Assembly: GCA_053919585.1 (NCBI GenBank)
Contig: CM132783.1
Origin: Euprymna scolopes
Taxonomy: Eukaryota
Length of the DNA: 64,000 nucleotides
Direction: 5' to 3' (one strand)
Within the stretch, counting starts at the first letter, position 1. Each line of letters opens with the position of its first letter. Shown here one piece after another: positions 12,766 to 25,049 of this stretch. The position numbers and the translations under genes are program-made. The notes below the pieces were generated by a model. The model was not told the DNA's origin. It worked only from the letters and a program-made list of their open reading frames with translations, and did no database searches.

Positions 12766-13550
12766 ACACTGCTACCCATCAATGAATTTTTTTAGCATTT
12801 GCGAGCGGGTATGCTGACAACGTTTATCACGGTTAAATCTTGGGGAAGTATCCCTTCACCAGAAGAAGAAGGTTGTCTCCTCCTTAAAGCGTGTATTTGA
12901 TTAGAAAACAAACGGAAAGAGATAAGACTTATTCCACTGATTTTAATCGCGTTAAACATGCCATATACAGTAAGAATCATTAACCTCTGAAACTGTTGTT
13001 CACAGTTTCCGTTATTATTCCAAGTGAACATGTTTCGTACATTTATTAATTCACGCTGATTTATGCATCTCCTTATTGCTTTTATTCAGATTCAAACAGT
13101 ATTTGCATGTTATCGTTCCAAACCAAAAATAATCCCAAGTGCAAGCTAGATTATTTCATTTCGACCACGGGCGCCATCGTCCGCACTTCTTCAGGGGCGT
13201 CAGTGGCCACTAACAACAGCCGTACTTTATGTTTTCAAGGGAAAGGCATCTACCAAGCAACGCTGGTTAACATGATCAGGTAGTTATAATAATCACACCA
13301 TTCTTTGATTGCGATCTTAAACTTTATACGACATTCAGACAACGTTATGTTTCTCAGAAATCGAAGCTCAAACAGAGTGGTAGCATTGGCAATGAGATAA
13401 AATAAACGTATTTCTCGAGTAACTTATTATATATTTAGAAAAAATATGAAAAATTGTCGCCTTCAGTATCCCACATCGTAATTTATTTTTTTACAAGTTT
13501 GTCTTATTTTTACCTACACAATTTTCAAACCATAGACAATGCTTAAGTAT

Positions 13551-14000
13551 TCTATAATATAAAGCTCACCAGTCTGTTTAACTGTATGAGTGTTTGCATG
13601 TATGTTTGTATGCCTGCCTAAAAGAGAGGCGACGGATTTTTACGAGCTTGGTATTGTTTTGAGGCATGACCCTTCGGACGACAAATATCATAAAATTGGC
13701 TAAATCATTAACAACTTTATCATCAGCTCGGCACTTGTTTACAAGGACGGATCGCATTTTCGCTGATATTTTCGAAAGTCATCCCATCTTTTTGATGTAA
13801 TTAGCCTTTATTTAAAACCTCGCCACTTCTGGTTTGGTGATGGACGCAACGGCAAAGAAATTGTGTTTTATTTTCACGTTCCTTTCCTCTACCACAATCC
13901 GAGTTGAAGCCTGCTTCCTACTACTACATTTATTTATTTATTTATTTTTTGCCCAACACACACTTCCAGATACTCGGGCAACGCAGGCCACCCGTGCGAA
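13551..14000 (+). mobile_element. Non-autonomous Helitron-like element
   Basis: Starts TCTATAATATAAAG, followed by a (tgta/tgtt) microsatellite; ends ctcgggcaacgcaggcc, a decayed form of the 3' hairpin of the 14.9 kb and 58 kb copies. Confidence 0.55.
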
Positions 14001-14860
14001 TTACACATAAAGACCTCCAATTTTGAGTCAACCTTGTTTTTAGTTTTGTTGAATATAAGAGACTCTGAACTTCTATAAGACCAATCCCGAAGACGGGAAG
14101 ATATGCGCATCTATAGATAATAAAATTGGGCAGATTATTTTAAATGATTTGCTCCAAACAAAACTTTGCAGAGAACAACATATCATTCTAGTGTTCTCCC
14201 TATATTAAATACATTTGTTTTCTTTGCTTGTGCTTGTATATTTCTATTTTGTATTTCATATATTTTGAAGCTTTCAATAATAAACATTATTTTTCTAAAG
14301 TGTTTAATATTCCAAATCGGAGTATTCATGTTCTCTGCCGTTACGCAATTTTCCACCTGAGGTAAGATTGAAAGCAACATTAATAGATATTTTTCTACCG
14401 TCTAAAAAATAAAAAAAAATAAAAAAAAATAAAAAAAACGCATTTTGATATAAAATTTATTCAGAGAAAACTGTTTCGGCCATAATGTAATCGTACATCG
14501 AATTTCACCAGTCGCCTTTAGTTACACATGAAAATACAATGTAATCCAATAAAAATATATATATATATATATATTCCAAAATATTATATGTAAATCCACT
14601 GGTAATAAAAGGTTTATCTCTGTATATCTAATATAATAAAATAGTAACTATTTTCCCGTGTAGAAAATAGTTACTATATCTAAGTAAACGTAGACGGATT
14701 ATAAAACACTAGCTGCTACATTTTTCTCGAATAACACAATTCGCTGTTGTTTAGTTTCGTATCTTTTGTATCAGGTGTGGAAAAATTTACTTTTCTAAAC
14801 AACGCTGCTACAGAGTTGTTTTCTTATTACTTATCACTTCATTAATTTTTTATCTATAGA

Positions 14861-15320
14861 CAAGCATACGTGTCTGGCGTTGCCTGGGTGTTTAGAGGTG
14901 TATGCTGAGCCAAAAAAACAAACAGACAAACAAAAAAACGATCAATTTTATAAAATTTGTCCCCTATTATCATCCCCTTAAAATTTATTATTTGGGGCTC
15001 AAATCAAGTAATTAAGTTAGATCCATGTCCAAGAAATATACATCTAAAATTTCAAGTGTTCAGACCAAAAATTGTTTGAAGAGTTTGGTAGAGTTCTTAA
15101 AGGTTTAATCGTTGAAATTTGACCACTTAAAAGCCAAATTTCCCGCTGAAAACTGATCACAAAGCTTTTCGCAAATCTGAGTGCACTGTGTATCGAATTT
15201 TGAGTCTGTAGGCTAAAAATTGACAGAGTTATCGCCTAAGAGATTTTACACATACAAGCACACAGAAATACACACAGACAGATACACAGACACGTTCACT
15301 TTTATAGATATATGATAGAT
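14861..15320 (-). mobile_element. Non-autonomous Helitron-like element
   Basis: Plus strand a|caag...tctggcgttgcctgggtg (decayed CTAG end and hairpin) to cacttttatagatata; aligns along its length with 58150-58600. Confidence 0.75.
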
Positions 15321-16659
15321 AGACTAAACAAAAATATATACCTATACATAAATCTATATGGAAACAATTCTTGTTTACTGTAAAGATTTTACGGAAATAT
15401 TATGCAAGTATAAATCATGTAGAATATCTGCATGAATATAATTACACGTAATAGTCAACTCCCGATGATTATCCCATAAGAAAACCGAAAAAATTATAGG
15501 GGATTAATTAAAATGAATGATCATAATAATATGCAAATTAGCTAGATCTTTTTCTAGTGAAGGCATTTTCACAACACATATATAAGGACATTGTATTTTC
15601 TTCTTAAATAAATAGAAAAAAAGGGGTTTAATATGAATATCAATACACGCAAAAGAAAAACGATTCATAGGTGTATAGAGTAATACGANNNNNNNNNNNN
15701 NNNNNNNNNNNNNNNNNNNNNNNNNNNNNNNNNNNNNNNNNNNNNNNNNNNNNNNNNNNNNNNNNNNNNNNNNNNNNNNNNNNNNNNNNNNNNNNNNNNN
15801 NNNNNNNNNNNNNNNNNNNNNNNNNNNNNNNNNNNNNNNNNNNNNNNNNNNNNNNNNNNNNNNNNTATAAAAATAGATAGAACATTAACTTTATAATAAT
15901 ATATACGAAATCTGCAAAAATTAAAATATACGACCGGGATTTATCGGGAATTCCGTCAAGCTTAAATAAATAAATACTTTTGCATTTTTAACATAAAAAC
16001 TACAATATTAGTAGAACGCGTCCATTTACCCTGATCATATACAACATTCCAATATCAATATATTACATATAAATGTGCCCTCTGTGGAATTTCCACAGGT
16101 CCTGTTAGTAACTTATTAATTTATTATTACACATTCCGTCATACATTGGGGCTAATATTTCGTACATAATACCTGTCCACCAACGACAAATATTATTATA
16201 ATTGATAGCTAATAATTATAACTGTTTTTCTTTTTTGACCACATCCCATTGTTGGAAAAAGTAATGGTGTTGTCATGGCTATATTTAGTTGGATTTGATT
16301 GGCTCTTTATCTGCATTCCAGAAAGTTATAATTCACCCGATCCTCCACTATATCCCCCACGGCTACAGAGTGTATCAATTAAATTTAAACATGCCGGACT
16401 GGTAATTGCATCACGGTTTCTTCGTATCACACAAATAATAAAACAGACTAAAGACGTTTGCTGTTTTGATAATTAGCATTAAACGCATTTTTACATTTGT
16501 CCAACCGCTAAAGCATTCGCCCATAAGGTTCTATACACACTGTCACGATGCAACAAAAACGACACAAAGAGCATGCACAACTTACAAACGGATAGGATCG
16601 TCACACCTTTGTTTTCTTGTGTTAAATTCGTCAATTTTGTTTTCAACGCAGTCGTTCAA

Positions 16660-16882
16660 TACGAGGGGCGTGCAAAAAGTAATGCCCCTGACCCACTTCT
16701 AGTTATCTGCTCTAGCTGAAATTTTGCATGTGCAATGATTTACATCTCTATGGGTTATGTGGAAAATTACAGCTCCGAACTAATTGTGTTTTTTAGTTGT
16801 ACCGGTGTTTAACTGAATCAGGTGTGAAATAGAGCCTGTTTGATGTCGAGCAGTGATCCGGTTTTTGTAGTTGAAAGGACTA
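16660..16882 (+). mobile_element. Mariner 5' end (TA + TIR + transposase start)
   Basis: TA-CGAGGGGCGTGCAAAAAGT is a mariner-type TIR start; downstream reads (M)EPV.CRAVIRFL.LKG, a mariner HTH N-terminus. Confidence 0.75.
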
Positions 16883-17333
16883 TTTTTTGTCTCGGAAAGT
16901 GATATAGCTACCAATGTTCTACGATCTAAAATATTTCTTTAGTCTTATGCTACTACTTACTTGGATTTGATTCTCAGATTTTGGATTGTGTTGTTTTTGG
17001 TGGTGATTATTTTTACTGCATTAAAGGGATATGTTATATTAGATTTAGTAAGATGTATATTGTGGGTGATAACGTAGTTTAATTTACGTGCATTAAAGCT
17101 GATCTTTTTCCGTAATCTACTTTTTCTTATATCCTGAACTTCTTAAAGCGTCATTATAGAGCGATACAATTTGGATGAAATTAATTCATGAGCTGAAAGC
17201 CCAGAAATTCTTCAAGCGGCATACGGCACTACAGATTTTATACTACAAATATGATATTAAAATCATGCAGAAATAAACTTTGTGGTACAGGCTGTATGAT
17301 GCAGATATTGAATCTACTGACCACCCCACGCAA

Positions 17334-17391
<58 letters not shown>

Positions 17392-18389
17392 AGCTATAAA
17401 CTTTCCCACAGTGAAATTTTCGCGACCCGGTGCCACTACGAAGTAGGAGATTACTGTCGGGGACATTAGTTTCAAGGTATTATAAAAGGAGATACGCAGC
17501 AATACCCGTGTTCACACTACACTTGGACTTATGCAAATCATGCGTTGGGAAAACACAATCACGGAAAAAGTGTTCCAAAATCAAGCAGTTTTGGGAAAGA
17601 AACTTGTGGGTTAGACTGCTTTCTTACACCTAGAAATCACTTCCGTGCAGGAGTGTGACTTAGATGCTTTTGGGTTTGCCGGAGTTATTTACGTCGAGAG
17701 GGCACCAGTGCTTTTTGGTTGATTGAAGCATTTACCGTTAAAACACTTGTAACGCAAGCAGAGGGATGCAACCGTTCGTGGATGGGCATTAGGTTGAAGA
17801 TTAGATGTCAGTCCAGGAACTATCACGTCGTCGATTGTTTTTTAACCCTGTCCAGGAGTGAGAGATTAGTGCATAGGCACCAGCTCAAATGTAAAGGCAA
17901 CACACCATACATGCGCGAATGGTGACCTTATAGAAGTGCAGGGTAGTTTCAGGGTTAAGTAGTTTTCTAGCACGGTAGATAATTCCCATATTCTCGGCAC
18001 AGGCCTTAGTAATGCTCTTATTCTATCTGATAAAACAAATATTCTCTGTGAACGTGATGTCGATGTGCACGTTTCACAATTTTCTATATGCCAAATAATT
18101 TCATAGCTTTTTACAGGGGTTTAGAGATATCTGATTTCACTTCCGATTTAATAATTACTTTCTAGTAAACGGAGGAAAATCCTAGCCTTAAATGAAGATT
18201 TTCGTTTTCGAATTTTGCCGTGGCCTACACGCAGAAATATTTATCAATTCCCGTATTGAATGGTTTCCGTAAGAATAACCTCCTAGATGTTCCGGGTATA
18301 AAATATTTCAAGTGTTTAAAGTAATATTATGCATACATCTATGTAGATATATACACATCTACACGGAGACCTATCAGCGTTACCACTAC

Positions 18390-18463
<74 letters not shown>

Positions 18464-19241
18464 GTATATGCATAACACACCTATATAGATATCCATAGAT
18501 ATACACTTATATGCATATATATGTATATATACACAAGTATATGTCTATACATGTANNNNNNNNNNNNNNNNNNNNNNNNNNNNNNNNNNNNNNNNNNNNN
18601 NNNNNNNNNNNNNNNNNNNNNNNNNNNNNNNNNNNNNNNNNNNNNNNNNNNNNNNNNNNNNNNNNNNNNNNNNNNNNNNNNNNNNNNNNNNNNNNNNNNN
18701 NNNNNNNNNNNNNNNNNNNNNNNNNNNNNNNNNNNNNNNNNNNNNNNNATGCAAACGCTCAAGATCGATCGATATATATTAATTGTAACATTCTCTAATT
18801 CCTGTATATAAACAGAAAGGCAACAGCTTTGAATATTTTCCATGTGCCTCCAACTGAAAATAATTACGCGTTATAAAGCAACCTCAAAGACCTTTGTTCT
18901 CAGTATTCTCATTTTATGAAATACAATCAATTCAATATAGATATCTATAGCGAATGTGACATGACTGAATAAGTCGCGTATACAAAGACCGCCTTTTTCA
19001 TTACATATTTCTTGTGTATGGACACGTACTTTAACACATTTCGCTCATATAATATTATACTATATTGCTTAACGTGTAAATATATACATATATGTGGGTG
19101 TGTGTGCGTGTGTGTATGTGTGTGAGTGAGTGTGCATGTGTATTATATTACCGAATTTTTTCATTTATTTTACCCATATTTATATATATATATATATGTT
19201 ATGTAAAATGCATACTAAAATTTCCAAGCGCCTTAGCATTG

Positions 19242-19246
<5 letters not shown>

Positions 19247-19298
<52 letters not shown>
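19247..19298. repeat. (AAT)n microsatellite
   Basis: Direct inspection. Confidence 0.95.
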
Positions 19299-19299
<1 letters not shown>

Positions 19300-19940
19300 T
19301 ATGTGTGTGTGTTTATTTCTCCCACATATATATTGTATGCCTAAATTATTGATTTCGCTTCCATAAATTACCCCATTCTTATTCATGTCTGCATAGCACA
19401 TATCTAATTTCCGAATAATTATGCAATTTTCCATAATCAAACAAAATGAATGCGAAGTCCCAGCAAAAATTCAGTTCTGCCTATTTTGAACTGCGCTAAG
19501 ATTAAACGTACGAGTTGGTGATAATGATCAACAACCGCCTATCCAAAGTATTAAACACCTGAATTCATCATTTTTATGCTTTTTATACTAATTACCTATG
19601 TTTTTATATTCGTATGCTTTAGTCTGGCAAAACAAGTACAGATTTCTATGATTAGCCTATACAAATACTTTTCCTTTACACATTTTTGTGCATGGTAGTT
19701 ATTTCAACACATGGTCACTATTATATAATAATATTATATTGCAAAGAGAGAAAATATATAACGTTTATATATATATATATGTATGTGTGTGTACATGTAT
19801 GTGTGTGTGTGTGTGGGAGTGAGTGTACAGGTGTATTATGTTTCTGAGTCTTTCAATAGTTGTTTCCTTATTTGCGCATATTGTCTTATATATTCATTAT
19901 ATAAACACCACGCAACATTTCCAAATGTTTTCACATTGTA

Positions 19941-21400
19941 ATGCAGAAAGCCAAAACACCAGACAGAATGCAAAAAAAGGTTCCACCAGGTTCTAGAGAC
20001 AAACAGTTACTCATCACAGTCATTAAACATCTCTGGAACACGAGAAAACGTGTAAAAAGCTTCCCCACCCGTACTTGCTTCCTTAAAATCCCCCATCTCA
20101 GCGACAATATCACACCGGCTATCCGCACGGCTATCAGAAGATGGTCTCAATATGCAACTAGCCCATACTGGGCCATCACTTAGACAGAAACTCCCTAAAC
20201 GCAGGCACAACGAGGACCCACAACCGTGCACATTATCAAATTGCCCCGTATACCCAGCAAAAGTCTGCCACCGTACACACGTAGTATGCAGACTAGAATG
20301 CTCTGCCCGCGGAAAATTCTACGTTGGCAGCACCACGAGATCCCCACACATAAGAGTCAAGGAACACACAGAAATACAAGCAGCATCATTCCGCAAACAC
20401 CTCAACACCTACAGAAACACCAATACATCTATTAAAGTCGATATTTTAACCACAGAATTCAATATTTGGAATCCAATTATAAAAGAATCATTACTAATAT
20501 CCAAATTACGGCCAGAACTCAACAATAGACTGGAGCTCGGATCTTCATTCATTAAATTACTCTACATACTGCTCCCTACTTAAACTTACCATTACAACCA
20601 TAACCCATTAGAATAGATATACCACTGCATACCGCTCACAGTCCAACTCACAATCCATGTAGGACATACNNNNNNNNNNNNNNNNNNNNNNNNNNNNNNN
20701 NNNNNNNNNNNNNNNNNNNNNNNNNNNNNNNNNNNNNNNNNNNNNNNNNNNNNNNNNNNNNNNNNNNNNNNNNNNNNNNNNNNNNNNNNNNNNNNNNNNN
20801 NNNNNNNNGCAAATATTTAAAAAAAAAATTCAAATATAGCTAACTGAAGTAAGACAAACCAATTAAAAATAAAATAAAAAAAGAAAATGGCCCATCTACT
20901 TCCACTCACAATCTCATGGAAATAAATAAATTAACCACTCCCAAGGAATGTCATCCCAATGTCCCCCTCCCCACCTATCTTCCAACTCCTGGCAACACTA
21001 ACCTAAACACCCAGCTGCCGACTGGGAGCGCACCACCCCGCACCATTCCTCCCCCTCTCTCACATCCCACCCCTACTCTATCCTTCAATATCTGACCGGA
21101 CACAGCCCACTAGCGACTTACGTTACTTAGAAAGACATAGACACCCCACATATCAGCAGAAAAAATAATAATCAAAATAATGATAAAGAAAACACAATAG
21201 AGAACATACAAAATTAAAAAAAAGCTCACGCTAAAGCAACAAGTTATAAACTCCAAAAAAAAAATAAATAAAAAGACATAAATAAAAATTATAAACATGT
21301 TAATTACCTAATCAGACCATACATAAATCCCCTACTCACATTTGCTCGGAGCCTCCTCGTAGCTACCCAACTTCCGCTCTATCATCTAGCACGCTCAGAA
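19941..21400 (+). mobile_element. Penelope-like retroelement 3' part (linker + GIY-YIG endonuclease + 3' region)
   Basis: ORF 19941-20183 (LKIPHLSDNIT.AIR) continues by frameshift into 20152-20583 (CTLSNCP...C...VVCRLEC...FYVGSTTR...RVKEH...KH...KESLLI...PELN). Confidence 0.85.
20152..20583 (+). pseudogene. GIY-YIG endonuclease domain of a PLE
   Basis: VVC/YVG bipartite motif, conserved R..EH, catalytic E in KESLLI, terminal P.LN. Confidence 0.85.
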
Positions 21401-21406
21401 TCGATC

Positions 21407-21614
21407 TGTTACGCCCACAATTTTAAAAGGGATTTTTTTCGAAATTTATAATGGATATTGTCGCAGACATAACAAGTAAGACATTTTAACAGTACAACTG
21501 AATAAATATATGTATATATAAAATATATGTATGCACTTATGTACTTGTAAATCGCCACTTGCTCTCGTCTTCTCTTACTAACAACGACTATATTTCATTC
21601 CTCGCAGTGTGACA
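21407..21614. mobile_element. Possible solo LTR
   Basis: Bounded by TGTTAC...GTGACA (TG...CA with short inverted ends); no TSD seen. Confidence 0.3.
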
Positions 21615-21676
21615 GCCTTCTAAATCTCTACAACATACGTACATACATCCACATACATATATATATGTATACACAC

Positions 21677-21717
<41 letters not shown>

Positions 21718-22487
21718 TATCCCTCATATATATTGTATACCTAATCATTACTTTCCTTCCCTTATTTCTTCTTAATTTTTTCCTGAATTTTTACATATTC
21801 TCACTTCTGAGTACTCATATAATTTTACATAATCAAAGTATATGTTAAATGTCGGCGCAAATGTCACATGATTGCAAAAAATAAATAAATAAAATCTACC
21901 TATTTTTAACTGCGCTTAGTTTAAATGTATGATTTGCTGATAGTGATAAACATTAAGCTTTTAAGAGCCTTAATTACATATTTTTTTAATACGTATACTT
22001 AAGTGTTGCAAAACATTTTTTTTTTTATAAATTACAAAGCAATTATCAATGCAACATTACTGGACTAAACGCGTTCACCGGATTGATAATACATAACATA
22101 AACCGTTCGATTCTTATGAAAATCTTCACCAGTTACAAAAGAAAGTCGATTTAGTTTATATATATAATTAACATTTTTTCTGAAATATGATTTGCAGATT
22201 TTTTTATGAAATAAAAGAACTAAGCTAGTGGAACAGAGGGTTACAAACATTTTGAGAGTAAAAACAGCATTCACGTACTTGTCTCAATTAGATGATAGAT
22301 TATTAAAGTTCCTAAAGGATTCTTACTTTTATTCTTAGGATAGAGNNNNNNNNNNNNNNNNNNNNNNNNNNNNNNNNNNNNNNNNNNNNNNNNNNNNNNN
22401 NNNNNNNNNNNNNNNNNNNNNNNNNNNNNNNNNNNNNNNNNNNNNNNNNNNNNNNNNNNNNNNNNNNNNNNNNNNNNNNNNNNNNNN

Positions 22488-23981
22488 GCACTTCACATTT
22501 TTTCAAAAACCTCAAATCTGAGCTAAACTTAATGTAACTATTTGATTCGCCCTTTATTCCTCTATAATGCTACCTATTCATATTCGAATTTTCATTGAAA
22601 TATTCTAGTGTTTATATCAATTAAAAAATAACTTCAAATTGAGGAGGCAGATAGTAAGTACGCATAATGGAAAATTGTTATTTAAATGTTATTTTAGGGC
22701 ATTAATGCAACACAAATACGACAGGAACACATCGAATTAATGTATATTTAATAGCGTAGATCTTCTGCAATTTGACAGCCTGTAATCTTTTGGGAGTTTC
22801 TTGAATTAGACTGCAGCAATACTTTGGGTAAAGGGCATCCCACGTTTCTTTAATTTTTCACCGAAATTCCTCCAAATTTGAAATTTAATCCTTGCGTTGC
22901 TATTGCTTGATGTAACGCCATACGCTTTTGATAGGATTGCAGGCCAATCCAAACACGGAATATCATGCTCTTCTAGGGGCGTCTTGGCATTTCGAGCTGT
23001 GTGAAAGGGAACCTTATCTTGCATCCAAATTCCGACGAAAGTAGGTTAGAAAATTCTCAGTCAACATACTAATGTACTTGGTCGAATTAATCCGAACTTT
23101 CAAGTGAACAATACGCCCTGTACCATTTGTACTAATAATGCTCCAAACCCAAACTGAACATCCTCCACGTTGCAACGTTGAAACTGAGCAGCTAGGATTA
23201 AATGATTAGTCTTTCCTCCGACGGACCTACTGCCTACCATCATTGCTTATCTTATTTCGTCGATTCAAAGCCCTTCTGACTGATATGAAGAGTCAAGATC
23301 AAACGATGTTTTCTTTTATTTTAGCAAATTAAATTCCTTTAATCTTTCATTTTAGCAAATTAAATTCCTTTTATTTGTTCTGAACAGTAGAAAAATGGCA
23401 CTTTTTAACAAGATTGCACCGTTGTTGGATTGGGGGAGACGTTTCAAATCTGTTTCTTTTGCTGCTAATCTTGACAGCATTATCTTACATTTTAGAAGTA
23501 AGATTAAGGGGTATCACGGAGAATGCCGGTGTTTTGCACAGTTTCTCGTGATGTTTTCTAATCACGTTTTAATCTGCGGCCGATTCCTCGATTGGATAGG
23601 TGAGCAAAGTTGAGATTAATGAACTCCTGAAGATCACCAAGCGAAAGTCGTGAAAATGTTGTGTTCTATAGCCTAGAACAAGAACAATTACGATTAGAAA
23701 TGCTTTGTTTCCTGTTGGTGGATATTTTAAACTGATTAAGGGGAGATAATTAAAGCTGTTTTAAGCGAATTTGTTCCTGCGGACTTTCTTCTTGCCTTCT
23801 CAATTTAAAGTTATTTTTTTAAATTGACGTTAACACAAGAATATTTAAATTAAAAGTCAAATATAAACAGTAAAATTATAGACGGATAAAAGGCGAATCG
23901 AATTCAGTATAGGTTGTTTAAACAGTTACATTAAATGTAGCTTAAATTTGCAGTTCTTGAAAAAAGTACAAATGCGGGCTT
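22488..23981 (-). mobile_element. Tc1-family transposon with long TIRs and decayed transposase
   Basis: MQDKVPFHTA...IPCLDWPA (ORF 22806-23024) and LQRGGCSVWVW. The ends 22488-22660 and 23780-23981 are inverted copies (gattcgccctttattcctctataat / attatagacggataaaaggcgaatc) and both run into gaps. Confidence 0.85.
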
Positions 23982-24233
23982 NNNNNNNNNNNNNNNNNNN
24001 NNNNNNNNNNNNNNNNNNNNNNNNNNNNNNNNNNNNNNNNNNNNNNNNNNNNNNNNNNNNNNNNNNNNNNNNNNNNNNNNNNNNNNNNNNNNNNNNNNNN
24101 NNNNNNNNNNNNNNNNNNNNNNNNNNNNNNNNNNNNNNNNNNNNNNNNNNNNNNNGTCCGCATTTGTACTTATATATGGGTGTTCCGGAGGGTGCCAAAA
24201 CCATCTCTGATTTCATTACCAACTGCCTACCTA

Positions 24234-24312
<79 letters not shown>

Positions 24313-25049
24313 TATCATTTTTTCCTAACTTTCCTTATTTTTATTCCAGCGATAATGTCAAAACAACTAGAATTCTGCTTCCAACATGAAAAAGACGTTA
24401 TAAAAATGCAAACATTACAAAATATGTCCATGTAATATTTTATCGCAGCTCAGCAAGACATCTCATCTACATGGAAATTTTGTAAGACTCCGCCGGGCCT
24501 TACTGATAGCCTACATTTACTCAAGCTTATTTTTAATGTGGTACACCCTCTTGTTTTTCAGGGTGCACAGGCGGACTTTTTTTTGCTTCTGCTTCTGAAA
24601 TGTTCTATTCACCGCAATCCAATCGACAAGATCGATCAATCAATTACACAACATGTCCACCGCCGTGTTGGTTATTTTCAGGCACGCGAGCAACACAAAT
24701 AACAACAACAAAAAACATGGCAAACTAAATTTTGAATTAAAGAGAGAGGGTTCAATGACATATCAGTTTTCTAACATCGTAACAAGTATTTTCTAATTCT
24801 ATATAAATGCATGTTTTTATGCGTGTGTTCCTGTGTCTGTATCGGTGTGCGTTTTTTTTTTATTGTAGTCCAGTTAGTAAAATACAATAAAAATCCGTCT
24901 GCTAACAAACAATTCATTAGGATTTCAATTCATATCAAAGTAATTGTTATAGATGCTGTTATTTTTATAGTTGTCATCTGTATTTCTGTATGAGTCGGTT
25001 TTCAACAGATAAGTTCTATGTAGTTCATAAGCGTTTTCCTTAGACAAGT

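Larger units (their letters stand above)
19060..22030. repeat. Old tandem duplication (~0.7 kb unit); second copy split by a PLE insertion
   Basis: 19125-19245 resembles 19815-19940; cccacatatatattgtatgcct (19321) resembles ccctcatatatattgtatacct (21721); ctgcctattttgaactgcgctaag...gataatgatcaac resembles ctacctatttttaactgcgcttag...gatagtgataaac. Confidence 0.65.

Noticed and set aside
12792-13031. 79-aa minus-strand ORF / possible terminal exon
   Set aside because: No recognisable domain, and several frames are equally plausible.
16249-16476. Possible exon (KVIIHP..., trypsin-like, or PDPPLYPPR)
   Set aside because: The protease-like frame stops with no catalytic motif, and no partner exons were found.
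23318-23372. 22-bp direct repeat (ttttagcaaattaaattccttt x2) as a CRISPR-like unit
   Set aside because: Two copies with a 9-nt spacer inside a Tc1 relic; simple slippage duplication.
24650-24772. Minus-strand peptides MSLNPL...VFCCCYLCC and CFLLLLFVLLACL, suggesting a GPCR tail or signal peptide
   Set aside because: Driven by a (TTG)n tract; no NPxxY, no convincing splice sites, very short.
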